Source: Phoronis australis
Taxonomy: Eukaryota > Animalia > Phoronida
Length of the DNA: 64,000 bases
Direction of reading: 5' to 3'
NCBI GenBank assembly: GCA_002633005.1
Contig: NMRA01000485.1
Span: 248,442-312,441 of the forward strand
In this document: in pieces, positions 50,201 to 60,900 of the stretch
Layout of the letters: every line of letters starts with the position of its first letter
Numbering within the stretch: position 1 is the stretch's first letter
The notes under the pieces: generated by a model
What the model saw: the letters and a program-made list of their open reading frames with translations, nothing else
Databases searched by the model: none
What the model was told of the DNA's origin: nothing
Position numbers and translations under genes: made by a program

Positions 50201-53200
50201 TTTGGCCATTATTTGGCCTTCTGTGACGTACCGCTTTCTTCACTCTCTCCCTCACCAAGAAACTGAAAAGTACGACAAGCATTCATGAGTCAGGGACCAA
50301 AGAATGGGCACATTGTTGATGTTTAGTGCATTTAACTAGGATGGTGTTAGATTGCATCAACCATAACAAGGCAATTTCCATGTGATCAACAACAACAACA
50401 ATATGCACCAGGTTTGCTAAAGATAATGGAAAAGCTGCGGTTAAAAAGTTTTCACCATGTAAACATTCATACCAGCTTCATAATTTCGATAGCATCATAA
50501 AGGAGTGAATTGTAGAGACATTTTACAAACTAAGGTGGAAACAAGGCAAGTTCAAGAAACGTCATTTTTCATGACATCTCATATAACACTGTCATAGCCA
50601 TATTGTTGTTGACACCTCCAATGCCTAAGTCTACACTAGAAAAGATCACTGGTATTCAAGTCAAGTCTTCACTGGAGAAGATCATTGATACTCAAGGTAA
50701 GCTTAGGTAAGGGGGCTGTCTACGACAAAACCAAATGCTTCAACTTGGGCATATTTTCCGAAACTGAGTCGAACCTTTTAGGATTCTGTTTTAAAGCAAA
50801 TTATTCTTTAAGGTATTTTGCTGTGTTGTCACCAGTAGGAATTTTATTCATCCATACTAATTTCGCATTCAGCAATCACAGTACATTAACACTGTTCCTC
50901 ACACAGTACTAATACAGTTAGTTACCAACAAAGTGACTCAATATCTCATTAACTGGTAGTCATTTGAACAAAATCTCGATCCAACATATAACGTCTTGCC
51001 AAAATAAACAAACAAGAGCCACGCAGAGCGTTAAAATGCACTCGTGAAAGCACCGTAAACAGTGTGCTTCTAGGGGTGTTTATTTGGAACATAAAAATGG
51101 CCACGAGGTGACAAAAAATATGTCGAATCCATCCAAAAACTGGTATGTGTCATCAAAGCTATTCATCGAATTTCATAAAAATCCGTCAAGCAACTTCAGT
51201 GTGAGAAACCGAGGAAAACAAAAATGAAATTGCAACTAAGAGGATATAGGCGAAAAAAATATAGCTGCCACTAAGAGGCACCACAGTACATGAAGTCATC
51301 GGAAAATCATCATCAGACTTCCTCTTCACATTAGGAACATTCATGCCAATTGACACAACCATCCTTAGAGTGGTTTGGTTGACAGTTGACAGAGAATCAG
51401 CGGACATTCTGTCACCAGGGCTTGGAATGACCAATGACAAAAAACGCGGAAACTTTGAAACTTTTACGACCCAAATCATGCTCGATAACCAGCCTTGAAT
51501 GATCAATGTGAACCTTTCCCCGATAAAAATCGGAAGGACTAAAAAAAGAAAAAAAAAAAAAAACGTTACCACCATCAGTAGCATGCGTCTGCGTCCTTTT
51601 AGCTCGCCCGTCCACTCCCAACCCACACATTTTTGGCTGCAGAGCGGTAGTATTTGTCGCCGCGCTTAACAATAACACGAGACGCCATTGAACATCCCAC
51701 CACGCTGTCCCAGATGCCCCAGCAATGTTGACAATTTACGTTCCTCCGAAACATAAAGAGCAACTTCCGCTTTTCGAGGTGAACGTCGTCTGCAACGCCG
51801 CGGTAAGAAAGGAATTTGCCGCGGAAATTTTATATCAAATCCGATTTTTTTACGCGGAAATATTATAAAAAAAGCGGAAAGCACATTTGAAAAAAGCAGA
51901 AATCCGCGTTTCCGCGGAAAATTCCAAGCTCTGTGTCACACTACATTTGGCGTCAACTGCTACAGCTTGACCTTATTTCTTAAACAAAGCTTACATTGTC
52001 CATATCTTCATCATCATCACTATCGTCTTCTTCATCGTCATCTTCATCATCTTTAGATTCAATAACTTCAACTTTGCTCTTTTTATTTGACTTCGGTTTC
52101 TCAGTCTTCTTTCGTTTTCCTGTAATGACACAAGATTTGTAGAACAAAAATTACTAAAATCAAAATCATCAAAATACCTCCTCTGTAACAGCGGCGTTAT
52201 TTATATGCATCGGCAATAAAATACTAAACGCTAATACAAGACATTCAAAGTCGTTGCCATTATAGCCACCAACCTGCCCATACAACGCACCGACTGGTGA
52301 AAATCATCAAATGAAATCTTGACAAAAAATCCATACGTGTAACAATATGACACTTCACGATTTGGCTGTGTGAATGCAATTTTTTGCTAAAAATTCATTC
52401 GATAGTTTTGTATGGCTGAACATGAATTTCACTGAACAGAGAACAAACCTAGGCTCTCACAAGCTTCCGTCAAAAAAACTAACTGTTGATTTAGAACAGT
52501 TACTGTTCTTAAAAATGGTTTCAAATTTTCCTTAATCAAAGGAGTGATTTCTGGGCTTGTGAAGGATTAAAAGTTCATCCAAGTGCTTGAAACCATCCCC
52601 ACATAAAATGACCTGCCGCGAACAGTGAACACATTAAGCATAGACCCAAGCAACAGGGAAGAGTAAGCCCACAAATCACACCATGCCAATCTGATATCGG
52701 CAAGTGTTCCAAATCCTTAATAGTAATTTTTTGACAAAAAGAAGATTTACACGGTAGAACTCACAAATTTAGGACACAATATCGTGGAAAAATGTAATTT
52801 TATTTTCTTGACGCATAAAATAAACCTCATACTTCATAATGTTCAACTTGTGTACTGTAGCTACCACCAGAAAACATTTTGAAAATAAGTGGACGTCAGG
52901 AGTCTTTGAAAAACGGAAAAGATAATTTTTGGCTATTATTTTATCCAAAATTGGCAAGATATTAACACAGCAGCTTTCACGTGACTCACAACTCCTCCCC
53001 CCTCTCCCCATGTGCGGCATCGGACCTACCCTTCCCAGGCGTCCAATCATCTTCTTCCTCCTCTTCTGACTCCTCCTCCATGTCCTTCAAAGCCGCCAGC
53101 GTTGGAACTTCTGAAATCACAAACTAGTCTTACAGTGAGGGCCAAGAATGTTTTGACACCCAGAAAATAGGGAGGGTGGCCCAACGACGGCTGATGTGCA

Positions 53201-56200
53201 ATTTGCTTCGATGAGCAGTCAACAGCCCTTACTATCTTCCAGATATCTAGCTGGTATCGACTTGTTACCACTCATTCAACAAAATACCCTACAACAGCAC
53301 TGTACCACCAATAGCAAACATTTGTTTAAAATTTATTTCATCAAAACAACATACAATAGATAACATTACTGCCACAGAATCAATTTAGACAACAGGTACA
53401 CATTGTACAAATAAATAATTAAACAGTGAAACAATGATAACACACAGTGCATCAAGCAAGACATAGATAATAAATTAGTGACCAACGAAACAATTTCATG
53501 TGTCCCCAAGGGTAATAATCGTTTGCCACATAACAAGTAGCAGTTGGCCAACAAAATTGCAAAACGGCCATCAGTGAAGGCCAATTTAGCAGAATCAACC
53601 ATCAGTATTCAGGCTCGCCTCAACTGAGGTGGCTCTGATCTGTAGATAGATTACAAATTCAAACCAGGTGACATTTGTAGATCATAGCGCCCTGATTTAA
53701 TTTCTAGAAAAATGCCGAGATTTAGCCACGCTTTGTTGCATTTAAGAAAGTGTACAATGCAAAGATAGCTGAAAAAAGATTACACAATCGTTTTACGTGA
53801 AGTATCAAGAAAATCAAAACTCTTAAAAGCACTTTGCAGTGTTCAATCAACAAAGATTGCAAAATAACTCCAGATTATTACAAAAAAAGGATTATTCAAG
53901 AAGCAACAAGAGTAGGTTCTTCTTGACAGTCCATAAACTGTACCCAGGATGTCACACGGTCTCACCCAGTGGAAACAAAACAGCTTGCAATTAAAGTGAC
54001 AGTTGACAATTCTTTGGCTTTTCCACCTAAATGGAAGAAATATCTGACTGGATTTACACGATAGATGGGCAAAGAATTACCGTGCTGAGCATTTCAAGAA
54101 AAATACTCAACGTCACGTACCAGCCTCATCATCATCCTCCTCCTCTTCGTCATCGTCACTTTCGTCCGTTGCATCCTCCTCCGACATTTCCTCCATCATG
54201 GTCTCATCTCCGGCCATGTCTTCGTGCAAGTATCCGGTCAGGTGCACAGAGCCTGATGACAAACAGAACGTTACAAATTAATGTGATGATTCTAGGTGCC
54301 ATCAAACATAGAAACAGATAGATAGTCAATCATGTAAAAAAATATCATTCACTTTCTACATATAAAAATATCACAAAATTGTATCTGTAATAATACTGAA
54401 AATTAAATTCTCATATACTGTTATTTACCATTTGCAGCTAATTTAGACTGAATCAAGCACAAAATACACCGAGACATAAAATTTAGCACCTAACATAAGA
54501 TCGTATCAATGGAATTCTACTTGATAAAAATTTCTCAATGAAAATAAATGTCAAGAAAACTAGACTTAATCATAGGCAGGGTGCGTAGTATATGGCTATT
54601 ATGAAATTAAAGTAAAATTCGAAATGGAAGGACTGGAAATACAATCTTTCTCTTGTTTTCCTTTGAAAAATGGAAAAGTGAAATATAGCAAAATTCAGTA
54701 TAAAATTAAAGAGAAATTACTGTGACTATGAAATCAGAAACATGAATTATACATTCTCAAACATTAAATACAAAAAGTGAGCTAATCTCAAACGCACAAC
54801 CTAGTTGACCCCACGACCTTACCATGACCTGTGAGGTAGAAGATGACCTCTTCCCCTTCAGTAAAGTTCAGGTCCAGAGGCTGCTGTAACACACTGTGGG
54901 GGTTCAGAGAACACAGCAGGAACTCTGCCTTCTCATGGAGTATCATCACTGACACTGTGCCACCTTTCTTGTCCCCATCCCCTGAATAGGTAACAAATAA
55001 AATTCATTAAGTTTTCGTAAATCTATGTCCATTCTTCGGGGAGTTTGCAAGTTAAATATTGGAATGCATAAATTGAACTAGTAGCAACAGTCCAAACTGT
55101 TCTTATTTGCTTTTTGAAGAGAATATCAATATCTTAATACTTCAAACTCATTGCATAGGTTTTCCAACTTTACACAAGTAAGCTGAACTCGTCAAGGCAA
55201 AATTCAAACTAGACACAGTGATGAGCCATAGCAGGTTGTGGAGCACATTGTTAAGCTGTACTTGAGCCAGTGGAATGACTCACCTTTGCCAGGTTCCAGT
55301 GCGGCCATACTTATGTGGAAAGGCTGTTCCACAGTCTGCGAGTAACGTTTGCCTCCATCTAGGGTGATGCCTACACAATGGAAAATGATTGGACCATTTA
55401 AGATTATTATGAACACCATATTGTCAGGGAACTGAACATAGATTAAAAATCTGCATCAATTCAAAGTGACCGATATCATCAGTTTCAGACTCTAAAAAGT
55501 GGAAGTCACACTTAAACAATTATTTCATTCAAAATGAATTTGATACTTGGCACAGATTCTTAGGGCGAAAGGAACAGCTGGCTGGATAATGGAAACCGTG
55601 CACACATCTCTAAAGTAGAATTCAAAATAACATGTTAAAATTTTCTAAATCCTAATTTTTTATGAGAAATTGAAACTCCGCTTGTCTCCGCTCATGCAAA
55701 GTAGGTGAATAATTGCCGCAACAGTATCTCCATCTATTGCCGAGGCAGGGAACCAGCACATTCCCCAACTGACAACAACCATATCATACTCAATCTATGA
55801 TCATGGTTTCAACACAAGCCAACCAGTAGGCAATGCCTTGGAATACTCTGTGAATCCTTAACCTTATGTAGTAGTGTAGCCTAGACAAGTTTTGGCCAAT
55901 TTTTTGGACTTTCTGATTTTCAGTACATTTTCACTACTAAGTTATCACCAACTCACGACGAAATTTATAGCAAGTTACCGATGAAGACCATTACGATGAA
56001 GCTAGAGCCAGAGAACAGCATTGATGGACCAACTAACCACCCCCTCTAGGGGATCTTTACAGAAAGCATGCTCAGCACAGACAATACACATCACATGAGG
56101 ACATTAAAGGGTGGTTGACCAAAGTCGCTCAGCGCTGATGCGACAACTTAATATTTTTCCGGCAATCATCTAACCTGCTAATTAAGTTGGGTCCTGTTTG

Positions 56201-57581
56201 ACCAGACAATTTCCACCATTTACTTAAGACTGTCAATGACTTTCAAGACACTGGATGGAGATTCCAGTGTATTGAAAGTGTTCTACACTCAAGTGGAGTG
56301 TAGAAAATTTGACATGTCAATGGCAGCTATCAAACACAGGCTGCCAGAAGTCACGCATCCAAACAGTTTGGCAAAGAGGTAATTGCCACTTCACTTCGCA
56401 AGCATTTTCAATAGGCTTTATATGACTTTACACCCAGAATAGGAAATTTACAACATCGTATATCATCAATGGCATTCACCTGGGTAGAGTTCAATGATAA
56501 CACTATGCTCCCTTCATAAGTAAGATCTCGTGAAATATCGCCGTTACTTTCAATGAAAGCACATGAGTTTGGCTATATATTTAATCATTTCTCACCCTGA
56601 CTCCTGAGTCACTTGTTGAATTTAATGGTGATTACTGTCTCTAGCTGGCATCAGTAGAGGCAGTGAATCTCCTACGGTAAGCTTTTTGGTGAATTATGCC
56701 TCACTTATTAAAACATCAAAGTCACATTGCTATAAGTACGTTCTGTGCACAGAGGAACACCTTAGCTTAGGAGCCCGTGGATGTCTTTCATTAGTTGCAA
56801 CTCCAATAACTACTCCCGTAATCAAATTTTTTTCAAGCAGTCCTTCGTTCTGTCTCCCAAATCAGCAACAGGCCATTTTTAACACTGTGTATGCTCTGGC
56901 GGGCATGGTAAGAAAGTTGATTACGTGAGTTGGTGTTCAAGTTGGAAGGAATTAAATTTAAAGACATCCACAGCCTCTTCTATGCACAAAAGGTACTTAT
57001 AACAACGTGACTTTGATGTTTTAATCAGAGTGAAGCATAATTAGCCGAAAAACTTATGGCGTATAGAGCTTCCTGTCTATTGTAGACAATGACCAATGAG
57101 CAATCCCTCGTTCAGTTGCCAAAATCAGTAACTGGTCATTTTTACACTTTGCACGACAGGGTATATGACGTCATAGCACCTGTCGTGTGTCGTTGCCATT
57201 GTTAAAAATACCCTATTTCCGATTTGGAGACTGCTCGAAGAAAAAGTTGAATAAATCGTTAGTATTTGTTCGAGTTGGAAGGAATTAAAGACACCGAGGG
57301 CTTCCTAAGGTGTCCCTCTATGCGCAAAAGGTACTTATAACAACGTGATTTTGATCTTTTAATCAGGTGTGAGGCATAATTCGCCAGCTTGTGGTCATTT
57401 TTAAATGAACTTGACACCGGTCTGTATCGGCTTGTGGAGAAAAACTCAACGTTCAATTGTTTATCGATGCAAGAGACTTTGATATCAAACTGACTAACGC
57501 TCCAGGAACATCATGAAGTAAATTTCGACTCTAAGCGTATATCAGTACAAAAGTGCGCATCTGATTCTCACCCCAAAACAT
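44234..57581 (-). CDS. Nucleoplasmin-domain FK506-binding nuclear protein (FKBP39/FKBP46/Fpr3-4 type histone chaperone PPIase), 13 exons, ~436 aa
   Basis: Exons (minus): 57581-57572, 55370-55284, 54981-54823, 54252-54121, 53110-53030, 52119-51995, 50262-50232, 49252-49059, 48307-48200, 47876-47751, 46408-46279, 45091-45043, 44312-44234 (1311 nt). N-terminal NPL domain [13 protein letters not shown]...FHISMAAL...FLLCSL...[14 protein letters not shown]...VHLTGY; acidic and Lys-rich linkers; C-terminal FKBP domain GVYYSGKL...FD...[37 protein letters not shown]...[17 protein letters not shown]. Confidence 0.92.
44460..44694. mobile_element. Small hAT-like MITE in the last FKBP intron
   Basis: CAGTGTTCTCAC / GTGGGAACGCTG inverted ends; flanks CATAG / CATTG (possible decayed 5-bp TSD). 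Confidence 0.4.
47300..47412. repeat. 34-bp perfect minisatellite, ~3.3 copies
   Basis: GAAAATGTACTCAAAAACTAAAATTGCATCGTCT x3 plus a partial unit. Confidence 0.9.
49419..49488. repeat. 17-bp minisatellite, ~4 copies
   Basis: GTCTGG(C/T)ATAGTCTGGT x4. Confidence 0.9.
51416..51933 (+). mobile_element. CAGGGCTTGGAAT-terminus MITE, subfamily A (longer form), 6-bp TSD
   Basis: TIR CAGGGCTTGGAAT/ATTCCAAGCTCTG; TSD TGTCAC (51410-51415 / 51934-51939). Confidence 0.9.
56685..57387. repeat. Three diverged ~140-bp repeat units (one forward, two inverted) in FKBP intron 1
   Basis: GAATTATGCCTCAC..ATTAAAACATCAAAGTCAC.TTG.TATAAGTAC at 56690; reverse-complement copies GTACTTATAACAACGTGA.TTTGAT.TTTTAATCAG.GTG..GCATAATT at ~56993 and ~57331. 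Confidence 0.75.
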
Positions 57582-57966
57582 GTTGGTCGTCTCTTTCAAC
57601 ACCACCATCTAAAAGCATGGACCGGAAATTATTTTTATGTTGCATGATTACGAACTCGATTAATTTGATAGCAAAGTAACAAAAATGGTTGCTTTGTTTC
57701 AGAAGAGCAATGGCATCTAAAACAAAAAGTAGAAAAAGTTTTTTCTTTATGCATCTAAGTATTTGTTGTCTTTAATTCGAATGAAAAAAACATTCAGAAT
57801 AGCTATAAATTAAATTCTATAAAACGAAATATTTAATCTTTGTTAAATAGCTCCATAGACAGTTAATGTTGGATAACATAAAACAAAAGATAACAATTTT
57901 GCTGACAACTTTTATCTGGTATCATTTCCTTACTTCCATAAGGATTGGTAATTTTGCGTTTTATAG
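57582..57966. promoter_or_regulatory. Presumed FKBP/ALDH7A1 bidirectional promoter
   Basis: About 395 bp between the divergent ATGs (57581 minus, 57977 plus); ETS-type ACCGGAAAT at 57621-57629. Confidence 0.4.
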
Positions 57967-57976
57967 AAGTCAAACC

Positions 57977-60900
57977 ATGGCCTTGTTGAGGAAAGTGGGA
58001 CACATTTCATTTACACTGTTGATAAGAGCAGGAACCACTCACAGGACGTTGAGACTTGGGTAATATTTGATTGCCACTGAGTTCTCTATTGGATGGCAGT
58101 TTTACTAATTTCACAACAATTTGGCCTCACTGGTTCTTGTTCTAAAACAAAATGTTTTTATCACGGTTCGGTGACGGTGTAGCCTGCATTGCCACCTGAG
58201 CCGAGGCTGAGGCAGCCACCTAGCTCATACTATGAAGTATGAACTATGTCTACTCTCTGACCATGTACAGCTTTAAGAACTACGAAGACAGATAGGTGCC
58301 ACTGTGCGTCTTAACTTACAATAGTACTAAAGGTGCTCCTAAATGTGTGTTCTTTCAGTTCAGTGGTCAGCAGGTTGAGTGTCGCTAGTTGCACCAGCAC
58401 TTGGACTTGTATCCTCCACTGAAGCCAGGCCGCTGAATATTCATATTGTGCCCTAATTCTTATTGCATTGGCCAGCACTGGCATAAGGGCCAGTACTTCC
58501 TGGATGTCGGCAGTCTCCAAGATGAACAACAGTGGTCTCTCGATGCCGACATGGGGCGCACGCGGCAGAAGGCCAGGACAGCAGTGACACACGTCAAATA
58601 CTAGCTATCTCACTACTATGCAAAGTCATCCACTCACAATCACAATGCTCCTTGCAGCCACTTAAGTGAAAAACAATGTAATAAACATCATTTTCTTGCA
58701 TAATTCTCCGCCTGTTGTAATAAAGAAAAGTTTGTTGTCGTTTTGATAACAGTACACTCGTGACGCATGCATGCGCCGTTTCCAAACATTTTTGACATCT
58801 CTCGGCAGATGAAGGCTGTTTCGCAGCAGCATTATTTGTTCTGTTCTGTTTTGTTCTGTTAACTCACAAACTCCTACAGTATGGACAGTACATGTAGGTT
58901 GATGATCCGGATTTAAAAAACAAGTTAAACTTGTGATTATTTGTTGTGTTGGGAAATACGTTTTGCTGCAAAAAAATTTTGGAAACTCCACAAAATCACG
59001 CAATTGCCACCAATAAAATTTGTTCTTCTCTTGTAGATGTATGAACTAAGAAAGATCATAAAAGTAATTTAAAGTGTTGTTCTATTGAAACAAACGGGTA
59101 AAAATTAGCCCCACTTGCACATTTTGTTAACTAACATGATATGTACCCTACAAAGTGGAAATGACTGTACATTTGGAAAGTGATGACGTCACACCCTTAA
59201 GCAACTATTTCAAATTGAAGATGAACAATGTGGCGGTGGTCTGTTCTCTTGCACTAGAAGCATATTTGCTCAAACCTGCAAAATTCTACAAAACTATATC
59301 TGAAGCTCATTACAAAGCATCTGTGAACCGAATACATTTGCACTGTTAAGCACGCGTGTTCTGAAATGTAGGTGTTACACGTTCCGTCCCTATGTTAAGT
59401 AATTGTTTTTTCTTACTGGGTTAAGTTTAATCAAATACTACCACTGGTACAGGATAATTGATGACATGAAAATTCCATTTAAATCCAACCATTTTATTTA
59501 ATATTAAGATGTCATTGAGTTCAATATTTTAGTCCCAGCAATTAGTATAGTACAACTGATGACATAAAAATTCCATTTAAATCCAACCATTTAATTTAAG
59601 ACGTCGGTGAGTTCCAATTATTTTTAGTCCCGCCAATTACTCACTCAAGTAATTCTTTGGTTACTGTTTAATCTTTTTGAGTGACCGTCATTCTCATTCG
59701 TATAATGGAGATAATGGCACGATTATCCATGTAATTTTCTTCCAGGTTGCGAAGCATGTCTCTCCTTGTTGAAGATCCAAAATACTCATTTTTGAAAGAA
59801 CTCAACATCTCCGCCGATAATCATGGTGTTTACAATGGCACTTGGTTTGGCAGTGGCGAGGTGTGTAGAATTTTGTACAGTTTTAGCTTTGATATTGAAA
59901 GGCAGACCATAGGAAAATATCGTGCACTTTATGTAAATTGATTCTTGGGAGAAGAAATGTCATTGGCTATTTTAAAAACTACTTTCCACGATCACAAGAG
60001 AAAAATGACATTATCACATTATGCTTTGCCTGCATTGGTCGTACTGACAGCTTAATTTTTGCTCAAATAGTGATTGTTTGGTTTTCATGATGTAAAACCA
60101 ACTATTCAAAGATATGTTTTCATTTTGTTTTTGCATGTTCTCAATATTCCCAGTGTTTTTCCCTGATAGCACTTCGTTGTGTCTGCCAAAGTGGTGTAGA
60201 CTTGCTCCTGACAGGCTCATTTTGATGAATGTCTTGCTGGTATTTCTCCACTGGCAAATTATCTTTTCAAAGACAATGGGAATTTTAGCAAATGTTGTGT
60301 TATGATATCTATACACTGCAAACCATGGATTGAAATATCATTAGAAGAATTACAATAGCTCAAAATGTTCCTTTTATTTTTGCACCCAATCAACATGTTG
60401 GAGGTATTGAGAATGTACCCAACTGTTACTGGTACACAGTGACTAAATGAACATGCCTTTTAAATTGTTGATTGACAGGTCATGACCTCCGTCTCTCCCA
60501 CCAACAACCAACCAATCGCACGCGTGACTCAGGTAAGGTCTCTAGCACAATGAAACTGTATCTTTCCTTCATTGCTTTTAAAACAAGCAATCTGGAATAG
60601 CTTATTGCTGGTGAGAATTTCAAGAGAACACGATTCAAGTTCCTGTTGATCAAAACATTCTCCAATAGTAGCTACAGTATAGAATTTTAAAATGTCAAAG
60701 CATTTGGTTGGTAATGCTTCTCTTTGATGAAAAAGACGAGGATTGAAGGAAAATTTCATGTCAATCATTTTGATTCCTAAATTGGTGAAACATTCCATAT
60801 TCTCCATGCTTTGCCAAGAGCTCTCAATAAGATTACAAAGCAGTGACTATCTCAACTGCATACTAATGGAAGGACTGATACCGAACGTGGATTCCAACTA

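Noticed and set aside
55424-55482. TGATGA...CTGA C/D-like box pair in FKBP intron 1
   Set aside because: Only ~58 nt long, ~53 nt from the acceptor, with no terminal stem and no convincing rRNA guide.
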